A stretch of DNA of 64,000 nt from Pseudomonadota bacterium (GCA_018241405.1 JAFEDY010000032.1:5725-69724); one strand, 5' to 3'. Positions 20,864-31,857 are shown, numbered from the stretch's first letter. Notes: generated from the letters alone by a model not told the origin. Program-made: numbers and translations.

Positions 20864-21385
20864 TCACAAGGGGCGATTGTCGTCCTGATCCGGCGGGCGG
20901 CGCTGCGGTGCCAGCAATATCCAGCTGGCCAACGGCCACAGGGCGGCTTCAAGCAGCGGCGCCGCCAGGCCTTCGAGCCCGGGCAGCGTGCCGCCGCCGG
21001 CGAACACGCGCAGGGCAAGCTCCACGACATGGGCGGCAAAGAACAGCGGCAGCAGCTGCAGCGCCTGCAGCAGCGGTCCGAACCACAGCAGGCGGCGGTG
21101 CGTGAGCTGCGCGCCGAACATCAGGCCGCAATACACCAGCGCATGCTGGCCCAGCAGCGCCGATTGGTTCACGTCGATGCACAGCCCCAGCGCAAAGGCC
21201 ACGCCCAGGCCCACGCGCTGCGGCTGGTGTATGCCCCAGAACACGAGCAGCACCATGAGCCAGTCGGGTGTCCAGACCACGCGGCCCAGCGGCAGCATGT
21301 TCAGCGCCAGCGCCGCCAGCAGGCTGGCCCAGATGAAGGAGGGGCTCACCGGCAGCAGCAGCTGCTGGCCCTTGGGCATGATCAT
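20864..21385 (-). CDS. mreD: rod shape-determining protein MreD
   Basis: MIMPKGQQLLLPVSPSFIWASLLAALALNMLP...; hydrophobic, about 173 aa; its ATG overlaps the mreC stop (ATGA). Confidence 0.85.
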   Translation of the reverse strand: MIMPKGQQLLLPVSPSFIWASLLAALALNMLPLGRVVWTPDWLMVLLVFWGIHQPQRVGLGVAFALGLCIDVNQSALLGQHALVYCGLMFGAQLTHRRLLWFGPLLQALQLLPLFFAAHVVELALRVFAGGGTLPGLEGLAAPLLEAALWPLASWILLAPQRRPPDQDDNRPL

Positions 21386-22299
21386 TTGCGGCCTCCGCGT
21401 TTCTGCGGCGCCGGCTCGGGCGCGGGGCGCGCGGGCAGGTCGGCGGCCTGGGGCTTGAGGACCATCACATGGCGCGCGCCATAGACCTGGGCCAGGGGCG
21501 TGCAGTAGATGCGCGCAAAGGCCGAGTCGGCGCGCCGCTCCACACGCTGCACGCGCGCCACGGGCAGGCCCGGCGGGTACAGCCCGTCCACGCCGCTGGT
21601 GGTGAGCAGGTCGCCCTCCTGCACGTCGGCGTTGCTGGGCGTGAAGCGCAACTCCATGCCACCACCAGAGCCGCCCACAGGGTCGCCATAGGCCACGCTG
21701 CGCGCGCCCGTGCGCAGGTTGAGCACGGGAATGGCCTGGTCGCGGTCTATGACCAGGGTGACCTCGCTGAGCATGGGATAGACGCGCGTGACCTGGCCAA
21801 GCACGCCGTTGGCGTCCACCACGGGCGAGCCCGGTTCCACGCCGGCCAGCTGGCCGCGGTCCACCATGACGCGCCGCGTGTACGGGTCGGCCGTGTCGTA
21901 GAGCACCTGGGCGGCCAGGGCCGGCGTATCCAGGCGCACGCGCAGCTCCAGCAGCTTGCGCAGCTCGGCGTTTTCGCGCAGCAGCTGGTCGGCCTCGCCG
22001 GCACGCACCGACATCTGCGCCATCTTTTTCTGCGCCGCGTCCACGTCCTGTTGTGCCGCCTGCAGCGCCTGGAAATACCCTGCGCCCCGTTCGGCCAGCT
22101 CCACCGGTTGCAGCATCAGCCACTGCAGCGGATACAGCGCGGTGGCCACGCCCTTGCGCAGCGGCTCGGTGACATGAAAGCGCGCATCCGCCACCATCAA
22201 AAACAGCGCCAAGGCGCTGTAGAGGGTGAGACGGGACAGCGCCGACGGCCCATGCTTGAACAGCGTGGGGGCCGAGCGATCCAGGGTTCCCAGGGGCAT
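21382..22299 (-). CDS. mreC: rod shape-determining protein MreC
   Basis: 305 aa with a coiled-coil followed by beta domains (VVDANGVLGQVTRVYP, DLLTTSGVDGLYPPGLPVARV). Confidence 0.9.
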   Translation of the reverse strand: MPLGTLDRSAPTLFKHGPSALSRLTLYSALALFLMVADARFHVTEPLRKGVATALYPLQWLMLQPVELAERGAGYFQALQAAQQDVDAAQKKMAQMSVRAGEADQLLRENAELRKLLELRVRLDTPALAAQVLYDTADPYTRRVMVDRGQLAGVEPGSPVVDANGVLGQVTRVYPMLSEVTLVIDRDQAIPVLNLRTGARSVAYGDPVGGSGGGMELRFTPSNADVQEGDLLTTSGVDGLYPPGLPVARVQRVERRADSAFARIYCTPLAQVYGARHVMVLKPQAADLPARPAPEPAPQKRGGRK

Positions 22300-22325
22300 G
22301 CGGACGGCCTAGTTCGGCGCGTGCC

Positions 22326-23369
<1,044 letters not shown>

Positions 23370-23576
23370 TCAGGGATCCTCTCAGGCACGGCATGCACTT
23401 CGGCCTGCCATCGCCGGGTATTTACAGGGTGTTTGCTGGCTTTTTTCACACAATGACCGGCAATGTGGAGGTCTTGCGGCAAAGCCGGGATAATACCGCA
23501 TCCCCTGTGAATAACTCTCCGGGCGCGGCGCCGATGACAGCTTTTAACATCCGGTTGCCCATGCCCTTACCCCCTT

Positions 23577-23876
23577 ATGGCACTGACACCCCAGGACATC
23601 GGGCGCATCGCCCATCTGGCGCGGCTGGAACTCAGCCCGCTTGAGAGCGAGCGCATGCTCACGCAACTCAACGGCTTTTTTGGCATCGTCGAGAAGATGC
23701 AGGCCGTGGACACCCGCGGCGTCGCCCCGCTACCCCACCCCGTCGCCGCCATCCAGGAAGTGCAGCTGCGTCTGCGCGATGACCTGGCCAGCGAGCCCGA
23801 CCGGCGCGAGGCCAACCAGCAAAGCGCCCCGGCCGTGGAACGCGGCCTGTTCCTGGTGCCCAAGGTGATCGAGTAA
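23577..23876 (+). CDS. gatC: Asp/Glu-tRNA(Asn/Gln) amidotransferase subunit C
   Basis: 99 aa; [19 protein letters not shown]...; precedes gatA. Confidence 0.95.
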   Translation: MALTPQDIGRIAHLARLELSPLESERMLTQLNGFFGIVEKMQAVDTRGVAPLPHPVAAIQEVQLRLRDDLASEPDRREANQQSAPAVERGLFLVPKVIE

Positions 23877-23880
23877 GGGC

Positions 23881-25380
23881 ATGACGATGAACCACAACAC
23901 CGATCTGCACGACCTGGGCGTGGCCCGGCTGGCCGCCCTGCTGCGCGGCAAACAGGTCTCGGCCGTGGAGGCCGCCCAGCATTTCCTGGCCCGCGCCAGG
24001 AGCCACCAGGGCCTGGGCGCCTATGTGGCCATCAATGACGACGTGACGCTGGCCCAGGCGCGCGCGCAGGACGCGGCATTGGCCGCCGGTACAGCCGCGC
24101 CGCTGGCCGGCGTGCCCATTGCGCACAAGGACATCTTTGTCACGCGCGACTTCCCCACCACGGCCGCCAGCCGCATGCTGGCGGGCTACCGCTCGCCCTT
24201 CGACGCCACCGTGGTCGCCAGGCTGGCCGAGGCCGGCTGCGTGACGCTGGGCAAGCTCAACTGCGACGAGTTCGCCATGGGCGGCACGAACGAGAACTCG
24301 GCCGTGGCCCCGGTAGGCTTTGACGTGCCCCAGCCGGTGCGCAACCCGTGGGACGGCGCGCGCGTGCCCGGCGGCTCCTCGGGCGGCTCGGCCGTGGCCG
24401 TGGCGGCGCGCCTGGCACCGGCCGCGACGGGCACCGACACGGGCGGCTCGATCCGCCAGCCGGCATCGTTCTGCGGCGTGACCGGCATCAAGCCGACCTA
24501 TGGCCGTGCCAGCCGTTACGGCATGATCGCCTTTGCTTCGAGCCTGGACCAGGCCGGCCCCATGGCGCGCTCGGCCGAGGACTGCGCGCTGCTGCTGTCC
24601 GCCATGTGCGGCCCCGACCCGGACCGCGACTCCACCAGCCTGGACCGGCCCGCCGAGGACTTCACCACCCGCCTGAGCGACAGCCTGGAGGGCCTGCGCA
24701 TCGGCATCCCGGCCGAGTTCTTCGGCGACGGTCTGGCGGGCGACGTGCGCGCCGCCGTGGACGCGGCGCTCAAGGAATACGAAAAGCTGGGCGCGCGCCT
24801 GGTGCCCATTGCCCTGCCGCGCACCGAGCTGTCGGTGCCCGTGTACTACATCCTGGCGCCGGCCGAGGCGTCGTCCAACCTGTCGCGCTTCGACGGCGTG
24901 CGCTACGGCCACCGTGCGGCGCAGTACACCGACCTGCTGGACATGTACAAGAAGACCCGCGCCCAGGGCTTTGGCGACGAGGTCAAGCGCCGCATCATGA
25001 TCGGCACCTATGTGCTGTCCGAGGGCTATTACGACGCCTACTACCTGCAGGCGCAAAAGATCCGCCGCATGATCGCCGACGACTTCCAGGCCGCCTTCCA
25101 GCAATGTGACCTGATCGCCGGCCCCGTGGCGCCCACCACGGCCTGGCAGCTGGGCAGCCAGACCGACCCGGTCTCCAACTACCTGGCCGACATCTACACC
25201 CTGCCCGCCTCGCTGGCCGGCCTGCCCGGCATGAGCGTGCCCGCGGGCTTTGGCGCGGGCGGCCTGCCCGTGGGCCTGCAGCTCATAGGCAACTATTTTG
25301 CCGAGGCGCGGCTGCTGAACGCCGCGCACCGCCTGCAGCAGGCGACCGACTTTCACATTCGCACACCGCAGGGCATCTGA
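23881..25380 (+). CDS. gatA: Asp/Glu-tRNA(Asn/Gln) amidotransferase subunit A
   Basis: 499 aa; amidase signature [13 protein letters not shown]...[12 protein letters not shown]. Confidence 0.97.
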   Translation: MTMNHNTDLHDLGVARLAALLRGKQVSAVEAAQHFLARARSHQGLGAYVAINDDVTLAQARAQDAALAAGTAAPLAGVPIAHKDIFVTRDFPTTAASRMLAGYRSPFDATVVARLAEAGCVTLGKLNCDEFAMGGTNENSAVAPVGFDVPQPVRNPWDGARVPGGSSGGSAVAVAARLAPAATGTDTGGSIRQPASFCGVTGIKPTYGRASRYGMIAFASSLDQAGPMARSAEDCALLLSAMCGPDPDRDSTSLDRPAEDFTTRLSDSLEGLRIGIPAEFFGDGLAGDVRAAVDAALKEYEKLGARLVPIALPRTELSVPVYYILAPAEASSNLSRFDGVRYGHRAAQYTDLLDMYKKTRAQGFGDEVKRRIMIGTYVLSEGYYDAYYLQAQKIRRMIADDFQAAFQQCDLIAGPVAPTTAWQLGSQTDPVSNYLADIYTLPASLAGLPGMSVPAGFGAGGLPVGLQLIGNYFAEARLLNAAHRLQQATDFHIRTPQGI

Positions 25381-25382
25381 CC

Positions 25383-26828
25383 ATGAGCGCGAAACTCATC
25401 CATGGCTACGAGGTCGTCATCGGCTTCGAAACCCACTCCCAGCTCGCGACCAAGAGCAAGATATTCAGCCGCGCCAGCACCGCCTTCGGCGCCGAGCCCA
25501 ACACCCAGGCCTGCGCCGTGGACCTGGCCCTGCCCGGCACCCTGCCGGTGATGAACCGCGAGGCCGTCGCCTGTGCTATCAAATTGGGACTGGCCCTCGG
25601 CTCCCACATTGCGCCACAGAGCATTTTTGCCCGCAAGAACTACTTCTACCCGGACCTGCCCAAGGGCTACCAGATCAGCCAGTTCGAGATCCCCGTGGTG
25701 CAGGGCGGCGAGGTCAGCTTCTACCTGGGCGAGGAGAAGAAGACCGTGCGCCTGGTGCGCGCCCACCTGGAGGAAGACGCCGGCAAGAGCCTGCACGAAG
25801 AATTCCACGGCATGAGCGGCATCGACCTGAACCGCGCCGGCACGCCGCTCTTGGAGATCGTGACCGAGCCCGACATGCGCTCCACCGACGAGGCCGTGGC
25901 CTACGCCAAGGCGCTGCACCAGATCGTCACCTGGATCGGCATCTGCGACGGCAACATGCAGGAAGGCAGTTTCCGCTGCGACGCCAATGTCTCGGTGCGC
26001 AAGCCCGGCGGGCCGCTGGGCACGCGCCGCGAGATCAAGAACCTCAACAGCTTCAAGAACATGCAGCAGGCGATCGACTACGAGATCCGCTGGCAGATCG
26101 AAGAAATCGAGGACGGCCGCGCCATTCAACAGGCCACCGTGCTGTTCAACCCCGACACGGGCGAGACGCGCGCCATGCGCACCAAGGAAGACGCGGCCGA
26201 CTACCGCTACTTCCCCGACCCCGACCTGCCGCCGCTGTGCATCGCCCAGGACTGGATAGAGCGCGTGCGCGCCGAGATGCCCGAGCTGCCGCGCGCCATG
26301 GCCGCGCGTTTTGTAACGCAATACGGCCTGCCCGAGTACGACGCCACCACGCTCACGCAAAGCCAGGCCATGGCGGCCTACTTCGAGGATGCGGCCAAGG
26401 CCTGCGGTCAACCCAAGCTGGCGTCCAACTGGGTCATGGGCGAGATTTCGCGGCGCCTGAACACCGAGGAAATCGGCATGGACGCCGTGAAGGTGAGCAG
26501 CGGCCAGCTGGCACAGCTCATCGCCCGCATCCAGGACGGGACGATTTCCAACAACGCCGCCAAGCAGGTATTCGAGGCGCTGTGGACAGGCGAGGGCTCT
26601 CAGGTGGATGCTGTCATCGAGGCCCGGGGCCTCAAGCAGATGAATGACACGGGCGCGCTGGAGGCCATCATCGACGAGGTCATCGCCGCCAACCCGGCCA
26701 ACGTGGAGCAGTTCAAGGCCGGCAAGGACAAGGCCTTCAACGCCCTCGTGGGCCAGGTCATGAAGGCCAGCCGCGGCAAGGCCAACCCGCAGCAGGTCAA
26801 CGAACTATTGAAGGCCAAACTGGCCTGA
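25383..26828 (+). CDS. gatB: Asp/Glu-tRNA(Asn/Gln) amidotransferase subunit B
   Basis: 481 aa; [19 protein letters not shown] and AHLEEDAGK motifs. Confidence 0.97.
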   Translation: MSAKLIHGYEVVIGFETHSQLATKSKIFSRASTAFGAEPNTQACAVDLALPGTLPVMNREAVACAIKLGLALGSHIAPQSIFARKNYFYPDLPKGYQISQFEIPVVQGGEVSFYLGEEKKTVRLVRAHLEEDAGKSLHEEFHGMSGIDLNRAGTPLLEIVTEPDMRSTDEAVAYAKALHQIVTWIGICDGNMQEGSFRCDANVSVRKPGGPLGTRREIKNLNSFKNMQQAIDYEIRWQIEEIEDGRAIQQATVLFNPDTGETRAMRTKEDAADYRYFPDPDLPPLCIAQDWIERVRAEMPELPRAMAARFVTQYGLPEYDATTLTQSQAMAAYFEDAAKACGQPKLASNWVMGEISRRLNTEEIGMDAVKVSSGQLAQLIARIQDGTISNNAAKQVFEALWTGEGSQVDAVIEARGLKQMNDTGALEAIIDEVIAANPANVEQFKAGKDKAFNALVGQVMKASRGKANPQQVNELLKAKLA

Positions 26829-26865
26829 GCGCTTGCCAGCCAAGCGCTGGCAGCTATCAAAACAG
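26826..26865 (-). repeat. repeat copy F, starting on the gatB stop codon
   Basis: tgAGCGCTTGccagcCAAGCGCTGGCAGCTATCAAAAc, with a perfect 8-bp stem AGCGCTTG/CAAGCGCT. Confidence 0.8.
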
Positions 26866-27005
26866 GGGTTCAAGCCCTGGGGTGCCGCCGGGTGGCAATG
26901 GGCCAGAGCAGGGCCCTTGCGCGTTGAACATGGTGCCGCAGCCTCCCTGCACCATGGACAAAACCGGCGGGCGGCTCGCCCCATGGGCACCGCTACCGGT
27001 GCGTC

Positions 27006-27914
27006 TCAGCTGAGCACCACGCTGGACAGGCGCCGGCGGTAGGTCGCCACGACCGGGTCCTCGGGCGGGATCTGGCCCTCGGCCACCTTGACTCTGGGCG
27101 GCTCGATGATCTCCAGGATGGCCACAAAGGTCTTTCGTGCGGCCTCGCCGTTCCAGCTCTTGTCGCGCATCAGGATCTCCAGCAGTTCGTCCATGGCCTC
27201 CGGCCAGCGCTGGCGCGCCATGAGCCAGCGAGCGCGGTCGTAGCGCGCCTCGAAGTCGCGCTTGTTGGCGCCTATTTTTGCTGCAAACTGGGCATCAGCG
27301 CCTTCTCCATAAGCGCTAACAGCTACGAAATCAAGAGCATCCATCCAGGCCTTGAGCGCCCCCAGACGGCGCGAGGCATCGGCCTTGGAGATCACGGGGG
27401 CAAAGGCCACCTTGGCCGCGTCCTCGTGGCCAAGCTTCAGCAGCAGTTTCACGTAGTCAAAGCGCGCCTCGTCGTTGGCCGGGTCGGTGGCCACGGCCTG
27501 CTGCAGCGCTTCCAGCGCGGTCTCGGTGTCGCCGCCGGCCAGGGCATCCTGGGCCTGTTCCTCCTGCTCCTCGGCCTGCAGCGCCTCGGCGCTGGGCACA
27601 TGCTTGTCGAGGAAGGCGCGCAGCTGGCCCTCGGGCTGGGCGCCCATGAAGCCATCGACCGGCTGGCCGTTCATCATCAGCACGCAGGTGGGGATGCTGC
27701 GGATGCCGAACATGGCGGCCAGCTGCTGCTCCTGGTCGGAGTCGATCTTGGCGAGCTTGAAGCGGCCGGCGTATTCGACCTCCAGCTTCTCCAGCACCGG
27801 GCCCAGGCTCTTGCACGGGCCGCACCAGGGCGCCCAGAAGTCCACCAGCACAGGTGTGGTCATGGAGGCGGCAACCACCTCGGTCTCAAAGGTTTCTAGG
27901 GTGACGTCGATCAT
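27006..27914 (-). CDS. thioredoxin-domain plus TPR protein (YbbN/CnoX-like)
   Basis: Start MIDVTLETFETEVV; WAPWCGPCK active site, then a helical TPR-like C-terminal half. Repeat copy G lies inside it. Confidence 0.85.
   Translation of the reverse strand: MIDVTLETFETEVVAASMTTPVLVDFWAPWCGPCKSLGPVLEKLEVEYAGRFKLAKIDSDQEQQLAAMFGIRSIPTCVLMMNGQPVDGFMGAQPEGQLRAFLDKHVPSAEALQAEEQEEQAQDALAGGDTETALEALQQAVATDPANDEARFDYVKLLLKLGHEDAAKVAFAPVISKADASRRLGALKAWMDALDFVAVSAYGEGADAQFAAKIGANKRDFEARYDRARWLMARQRWPEAMDELLEILMRDKSWNGEAARKTFVAILEIIEPPRVKVAEGQIPPEDPVVATYRRRLSSVVLS
27272..27338 (-). repeat. repeat copy G, inside the thioredoxin-TPR ORF
   Basis: The reverse complement reads gatttcGTAGCTGTTAGCGCTTATggagAAGGCGCTGATGCCCagtttgcagcaaaaata. 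Confidence 0.7.
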
Positions 27915-28089
27915 TGGTAGGCAGTCCCGGTAAGGTGGCAGCGCAGGCTGCGCCGCTGCATGAAATAGGTCAGTGGCGATTCTCGGACATATTCGGCGCC
28001 CGCTCGCCAAGTGCTGCCAGGCGCAGCCGGGGCACAAAAAGTAAAATAACGGGTTCCCCGCAGAACGCCGCCACGCGGCATGCCTCCAC

Positions 28090-28587
28090 ATGAACCCCAT
28101 TCAGATCGGCGTGGTCATGGGCTCCAGCAGCGACTGGGACACCATGCAGCACGCAGTTGCCATCCTTGCGCAGTTCGGCGTTGCGCACGAGGCGCAGGTG
28201 GTCTCGGCCCACCGCATGCCCGACGACATGTTCCGCTACGCCGAGGCCGCAGTCGGCCGGGGCCTCAAGGCCATCATCGCCGGCGCGGGCGGCGCCGCCC
28301 ACCTGCCCGGCATGATCGCCGCCAAGACCGTGGTGCCGGTGCTGGGCGTGCCCGTGGCCAGCCGCCATTTGCAGGGCGTGGATTCGCTGCACTCCATCGT
28401 GCAGATGCCCAAGGGCGTGCCCGTGGCGACCTTTGCCATCGGTGCGGCGGGGGCAGCCAATGCAGCGCTGTTTGCCGTGGCCCTGCTGGCCAATGAAGAC
28501 CCCGCGCTGCGCGCCAGGCTGGAGGCCTTCCGCGCCGAGCAGACGGCTGCCGCCCGCGCCATGACCTTGCCGCCGGCGGCCGCATGA
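28090..28587 (+). CDS. purE: N5-carboxyaminoimidazole ribonucleotide mutase
   Basis: 165 aa; VVMGSSSDW...SAHRMP...[10 protein letters not shown]. Confidence 0.95.
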   Translation: MNPIQIGVVMGSSSDWDTMQHAVAILAQFGVAHEAQVVSAHRMPDDMFRYAEAAVGRGLKAIIAGAGGAAHLPGMIAAKTVVPVLGVPVASRHLQGVDSLHSIVQMPKGVPVATFAIGAAGAANAALFAVALLANEDPALRARLEAFRAEQTAAARAMTLPPAAA

Positions 28588-29762
28588 ACGCGGACGTGAA
28601 CGCCAGCGACGTGATCCTGCCCGGCACCACGCTGGGCGTGCTGGGCGGCGGGCAGCTCGGGCGCATGTGGGTGCAGGAGGCCCAGGCCATGGGCTACTTC
28701 ACCGCGGTGCTGGATGCCGACCCCACCAGCCCCGCCGGCCTGGTGAGCCACCACCACATCCGCACCGGCTACGAAGACCCGCAGGGCCTGGCCAAGATGG
28801 CGCGGCTGTGCACGGCGGTGACCACCGAGTTCGAGAACGTGCCGGCCGCGGCGCTCGACCTGCTGGCCCAGAGCCTGCGCGTGTCGCCCGCCGGCAGCGC
28901 CGTGGCCATCGCCCAGGACCGCGCGGCGGAGAAGGCGCATTTCGTGCGCTGCGGCGTGCCCGTGGCGCCGCATGCGGTGATCGCGTCACCCGATGATCTG
29001 GCCGGCGTAGCGCCCGACCTGCTGCCCGGCATTTTGAAGACCGCGCGCATGGGCTACGACGGCAAGGGCCAGGTGCGCGTGGCCACGCCCGCCGAGCTGG
29101 CCAGCGCCTGGAATGAATTGGGCGGCGTGCCCTGCGTGCTGGAAAAAATGCTGCCGCTGGCGCATGAATGCTCGGTCATCGTGGCACGCGGGCGCGACGG
29201 CAGCACGGCCCACCTGCCCGTGCAGCGCAACCTGCACCGCGGCGGCATCCTGGCCGTGACCGAGGTGTATGAAGGAAATCTGCCTCCAGCGCTTATCAGT
29301 CAAGCGCTGGATGCTGCAAAAAGCGTAGCTGACGGCCTGCAGTACGTGGGCGTGCTGTGCGTGGAGTTCTTCGTACTGCAGGACGGATCGCTGGTGGTCA
29401 ACGAGATCGCCCCGCGCCCGCACAACAGCGGCCACTACAGCCAGGACGCCTGCGATGTTTCGCAGTTCGAGCTGCAGCTGCGCTGCATGACCGGCCTGCC
29501 CCTGGTGCAGCCGCGCCTGCACAGCCCCACCATCATGCTGAACCTGCTGGGCGACCTGTGGTTTGCACATGGCACGCAGGCGCGCACCCCGGCCTGGGAA
29601 CAGGTGCTGGCGCTGCCCGGCTGTCACCTGCACCTGTACGGCAAGCGCGACGCCAAACCCGGCCGCAAGATGGGCCACCTGAACGTGACCGGCGCCACGC
29701 CCGAGGCCGTGCGCGCCACGGCGCTGCAGGCCGCGGCCATCCTCGGCATCGCGCCGTTCTGA
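28584..29762 (+). CDS. purK: N5-carboxyaminoimidazole ribonucleotide synthase
   Basis: 392 aa ATP-grasp protein; ATGA overlap with purE. Repeat copy H lies inside it. Confidence 0.93.
   Translation: MNADVNASDVILPGTTLGVLGGGQLGRMWVQEAQAMGYFTAVLDADPTSPAGLVSHHHIRTGYEDPQGLAKMARLCTAVTTEFENVPAAALDLLAQSLRVSPAGSAVAIAQDRAAEKAHFVRCGVPVAPHAVIASPDDLAGVAPDLLPGILKTARMGYDGKGQVRVATPAELASAWNELGGVPCVLEKMLPLAHECSVIVARGRDGSTAHLPVQRNLHRGGILAVTEVYEGNLPPALISQALDAAKSVADGLQYVGVLCVEFFVLQDGSLVVNEIAPRPHNSGHYSQDACDVSQFELQLRCMTGLPLVQPRLHSPTIMLNLLGDLWFAHGTQARTPAWEQVLALPGCHLHLYGKRDAKPGRKMGHLNVTGATPEAVRATALQAAAILGIAPF
29275..29332 (+). repeat. repeat copy H, inside the purK ORF
   Basis: gaaatCTGCCTCCAGCGCTTATcagtCAAGCGCTGGATGCTgcaaaaagcgtagc. 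Confidence 0.7.
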
Positions 29763-29773
29763 GCGGGGCGCGC

Positions 29774-30772
29774 ATGATCCTCGACGGACGCCTGGACGCC
29801 TCGGTACAGACCGCCGCGCAGGCCCTGGCACGCGGGGAGCTACTGGGCCTGCCGACCGAGACGGTCTACGGCCTGGCGGCCGACGCCGACAACGACGCCG
29901 CCGTGGCGCAGATCTTTGCCGCCAAGGGCCGGCCCGCCAACCACCCGCTGATCGTGCATGTGGCGGGCAGCAGCGCCATCACCCACTACGCCCGCGAAGT
30001 GCCGCTGTTTGCGCAGCAGCTGATAGACGCCTTCTGGCCCGGCCCGCTCACCGTCATCCTGCCGCGCCTGCCGCAGGCGGCGCGCGCCTCCACGGGCGGG
30101 CAGGACAGCGTGGGCCTGCGCTGCCCGGCCCACCCGGTGGCGCATTCCGTGCTGGCCGCCTGCCAGCAGCTGAACCCGCCCGTCTGGGGCGTGGCCGCGC
30201 CCAGCGCCAACCTGTTCGGCAAGGTCAGCCCCACCACGGCCCGGCATGTGGCCGAGGCCTTTGGCGACGCGCTGCTGGTGCTCGACGGCGGCGCCTGCGA
30301 CGTGGGCATCGAGTCCACCATCATCGACTGCACGCGCGGTGTGCCCGTGCTGCTGCGCCCCGGCGCCATATCGCGCGCGGACGTGCAGCGCGCCTGCGGG
30401 CTGGCGCCACTATCAAAAGAAGAGCTGCCAGCGCACACCCCACGCGCGTCAGGCACGCTTTTGGCGCATTACGCCCCCACGGCGCGCGTGCGCCTCATGG
30501 ACGCCAAACAGCTTCAGACCGGCCTGGACATGCTGGGCGCCGACGCCGCCCACATGGCCGTCTACGCGCGCGCGCCGCTGCGCTCGGCGTCCAGCAAAAT
30601 CATCCTGCGCCGCATGCCCGACGACGCCGCCGCCGCGGCGCAGCAGCTGTTTGCCGCGCTGCGCGGCTTCGACGATGCCGGCGTGAAGCTGATCTGGATC
30701 GAGGCCCCGCCCGACAGCCCCGACTGGGAAGGCGTGCGCGACCGCCTGCAGCGCGCGGCGGCCGCCGGCTGA
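29774..30772 (+). CDS. tsaC: L-threonylcarbamoyladenylate synthase (long Sua5/YwlC type)
   Basis: Start MILDGRLDAS inside ORF 29357..30772. Contains LGLPTETVYGLAADA, KGRPANHPLIVHV and a C-terminal Sua5 domain. Confidence 0.9.
   Translation: MILDGRLDASVQTAAQALARGELLGLPTETVYGLAADADNDAAVAQIFAAKGRPANHPLIVHVAGSSAITHYAREVPLFAQQLIDAFWPGPLTVILPRLPQAARASTGGQDSVGLRCPAHPVAHSVLAACQQLNPPVWGVAAPSANLFGKVSPTTARHVAEAFGDALLVLDGGACDVGIESTIIDCTRGVPVLLRPGAISRADVQRACGLAPLSKEELPAHTPRASGTLLAHYAPTARVRLMDAKQLQTGLDMLGADAAHMAVYARAPLRSASSKIILRRMPDDAAAAAQQLFAALRGFDDAGVKLIWIEAPPDSPDWEGVRDRLQRAAAAG
30411..30472 (+). repeat. repeat copy I, a decayed GC-enriched copy inside the tsaC ORF
   Basis: tatcaaaagaAGAGCTGCCAGCGCACACcccaCGCGCGTCAGGCACgcttttggcgcatta. 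It shares the 12-mer AGCTGCCAGCGC with copies C, F and K. Confidence 0.45.
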
Positions 30773-30823
30773 AGCCTGGCGGCCAGTCGTTAAACTCACG
30801 TCCACCTCAATCCGGAGAAATAC

Positions 30824-31777
30824 ATGCCAGCAAATTGGATGCGCCGCAGCTTCTCGGCGGCCGCCTGTGCATCGGCCGCCCTGCTGGCGGCCTGTGGTTC
30901 CAGCACCGTGGAATCCTCTTTCACGCCCACGCGCTTCATCGCCTTCGGCGACGGCCTGGCCGACGTCGGCCAGAAGGGCGCCAGCTACACGGTCAACGAT
31001 GGCAGCATCAACAACTGGACGCTACAACTGGCCGCAAGCTACGGCGGCACGATCGCGCCCGTGTCCAAAGGCGGACTGAGCTATGCCCAGGGCAATGCGC
31101 GCGTGGCTATCTCGCCCGACGCGGCCGGCGACGCCAGCACGCCCACGGTGGCGCAGCAGGTGGACCAGTTCCTGGCCGGGCAGAAACTCGGCGACGGCGA
31201 TCTGGTGCTGCTCAGCGCCGGCGTGAGCGACATCATCGCCGGCATGGCCGCCGTGCGGGCAGGCACGCTCACCGCGGACCAGTATGTGGCGGCCGCGGGC
31301 CAGGCCGGTCAGGCGCTGGCCGCCCAGGCGCGCCGCCTGTCCAATGCCGGGGCCAAACATATCCTGATGACCGGCACCTACGACCTGAGCCGCACCCCCT
31401 GGGCACTGGCCATCAACCAGCAGAGCCTGATCAGCCAGGCCAGCCTGAGCTTCAACACCAGCCTGCTCAAGAGCATCTCCGACCTGAGCAGGACCGTGCG
31501 CTACGTGGACGCCGCCTACTACATCAACCTGTACCAGGGCAACCCCGGCGGCTTCGGCTTCAGCGACGGCGTGACACCGGTCTGCAACTCGGTGGACCCA
31601 GGCCCCGGCATAGGCATTGGCGCCGGCGAGGTCAACTCTGCCCTGTGCACGCCATCGACCCTGCTGGCGAGCGCAGACCAGAACCGCTATGTGTTTGCCG
31701 ACAAGGTCTACGTCACGCCAAGCGCGCAGCGCCAGTTCGGGGCCAGCGCCTACACCTTCTTGCGCCTGCAGTGGTGA
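30824..31777 (+). CDS. SGNH/GDSL-fold lipoprotein lacking the catalytic Ser, Asn and His
   Basis: 317 aa with lipobox LLAACG. Block I is FGDGLADVG (Ser replaced by Gly), block III is AGVSDII (Asn replaced by Ser), and block V is FADKVYVTP (His replaced by Tyr). Confidence 0.7.
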   Translation: MPANWMRRSFSAAACASAALLAACGSSTVESSFTPTRFIAFGDGLADVGQKGASYTVNDGSINNWTLQLAASYGGTIAPVSKGGLSYAQGNARVAISPDAAGDASTPTVAQQVDQFLAGQKLGDGDLVLLSAGVSDIIAGMAAVRAGTLTADQYVAAAGQAGQALAAQARRLSNAGAKHILMTGTYDLSRTPWALAINQQSLISQASLSFNTSLLKSISDLSRTVRYVDAAYYINLYQGNPGGFGFSDGVTPVCNSVDPGPGIGIGAGEVNSALCTPSTLLASADQNRYVFADKVYVTPSAQRQFGASAYTFLRLQW

Positions 31778-31794
31778 GGGCGGATCACTACAGA

Positions 31795-31828
31795 TAAAAA
31801 AAGCCGATCCGAGGATCGGCTTTTTTGC
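31795..31828. terminator. bidirectional rho-independent terminator between convergent genes
   Basis: AAAAAAA-AGCCGATC-cgag-GATCGGCT-TTTTTT; perfect 8-bp stem flanked by an A-run and a T-run. Confidence 0.8.
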
Positions 31829-31857
31829 GCCTGGGAGCCCGCTGCCGGACGGGCAAC

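Noticed and set aside
25565-25600. Low-GC patch in gatB (GCTATCAAATTGGGACTGGCC) as another copy of the AAGCGCTT repeat.
   Set aside because: Only the GCTATCAAA end resembles the repeat. There are no AGCGCT cores. The encoded AIKLGLAL belongs to a conserved GatB region.
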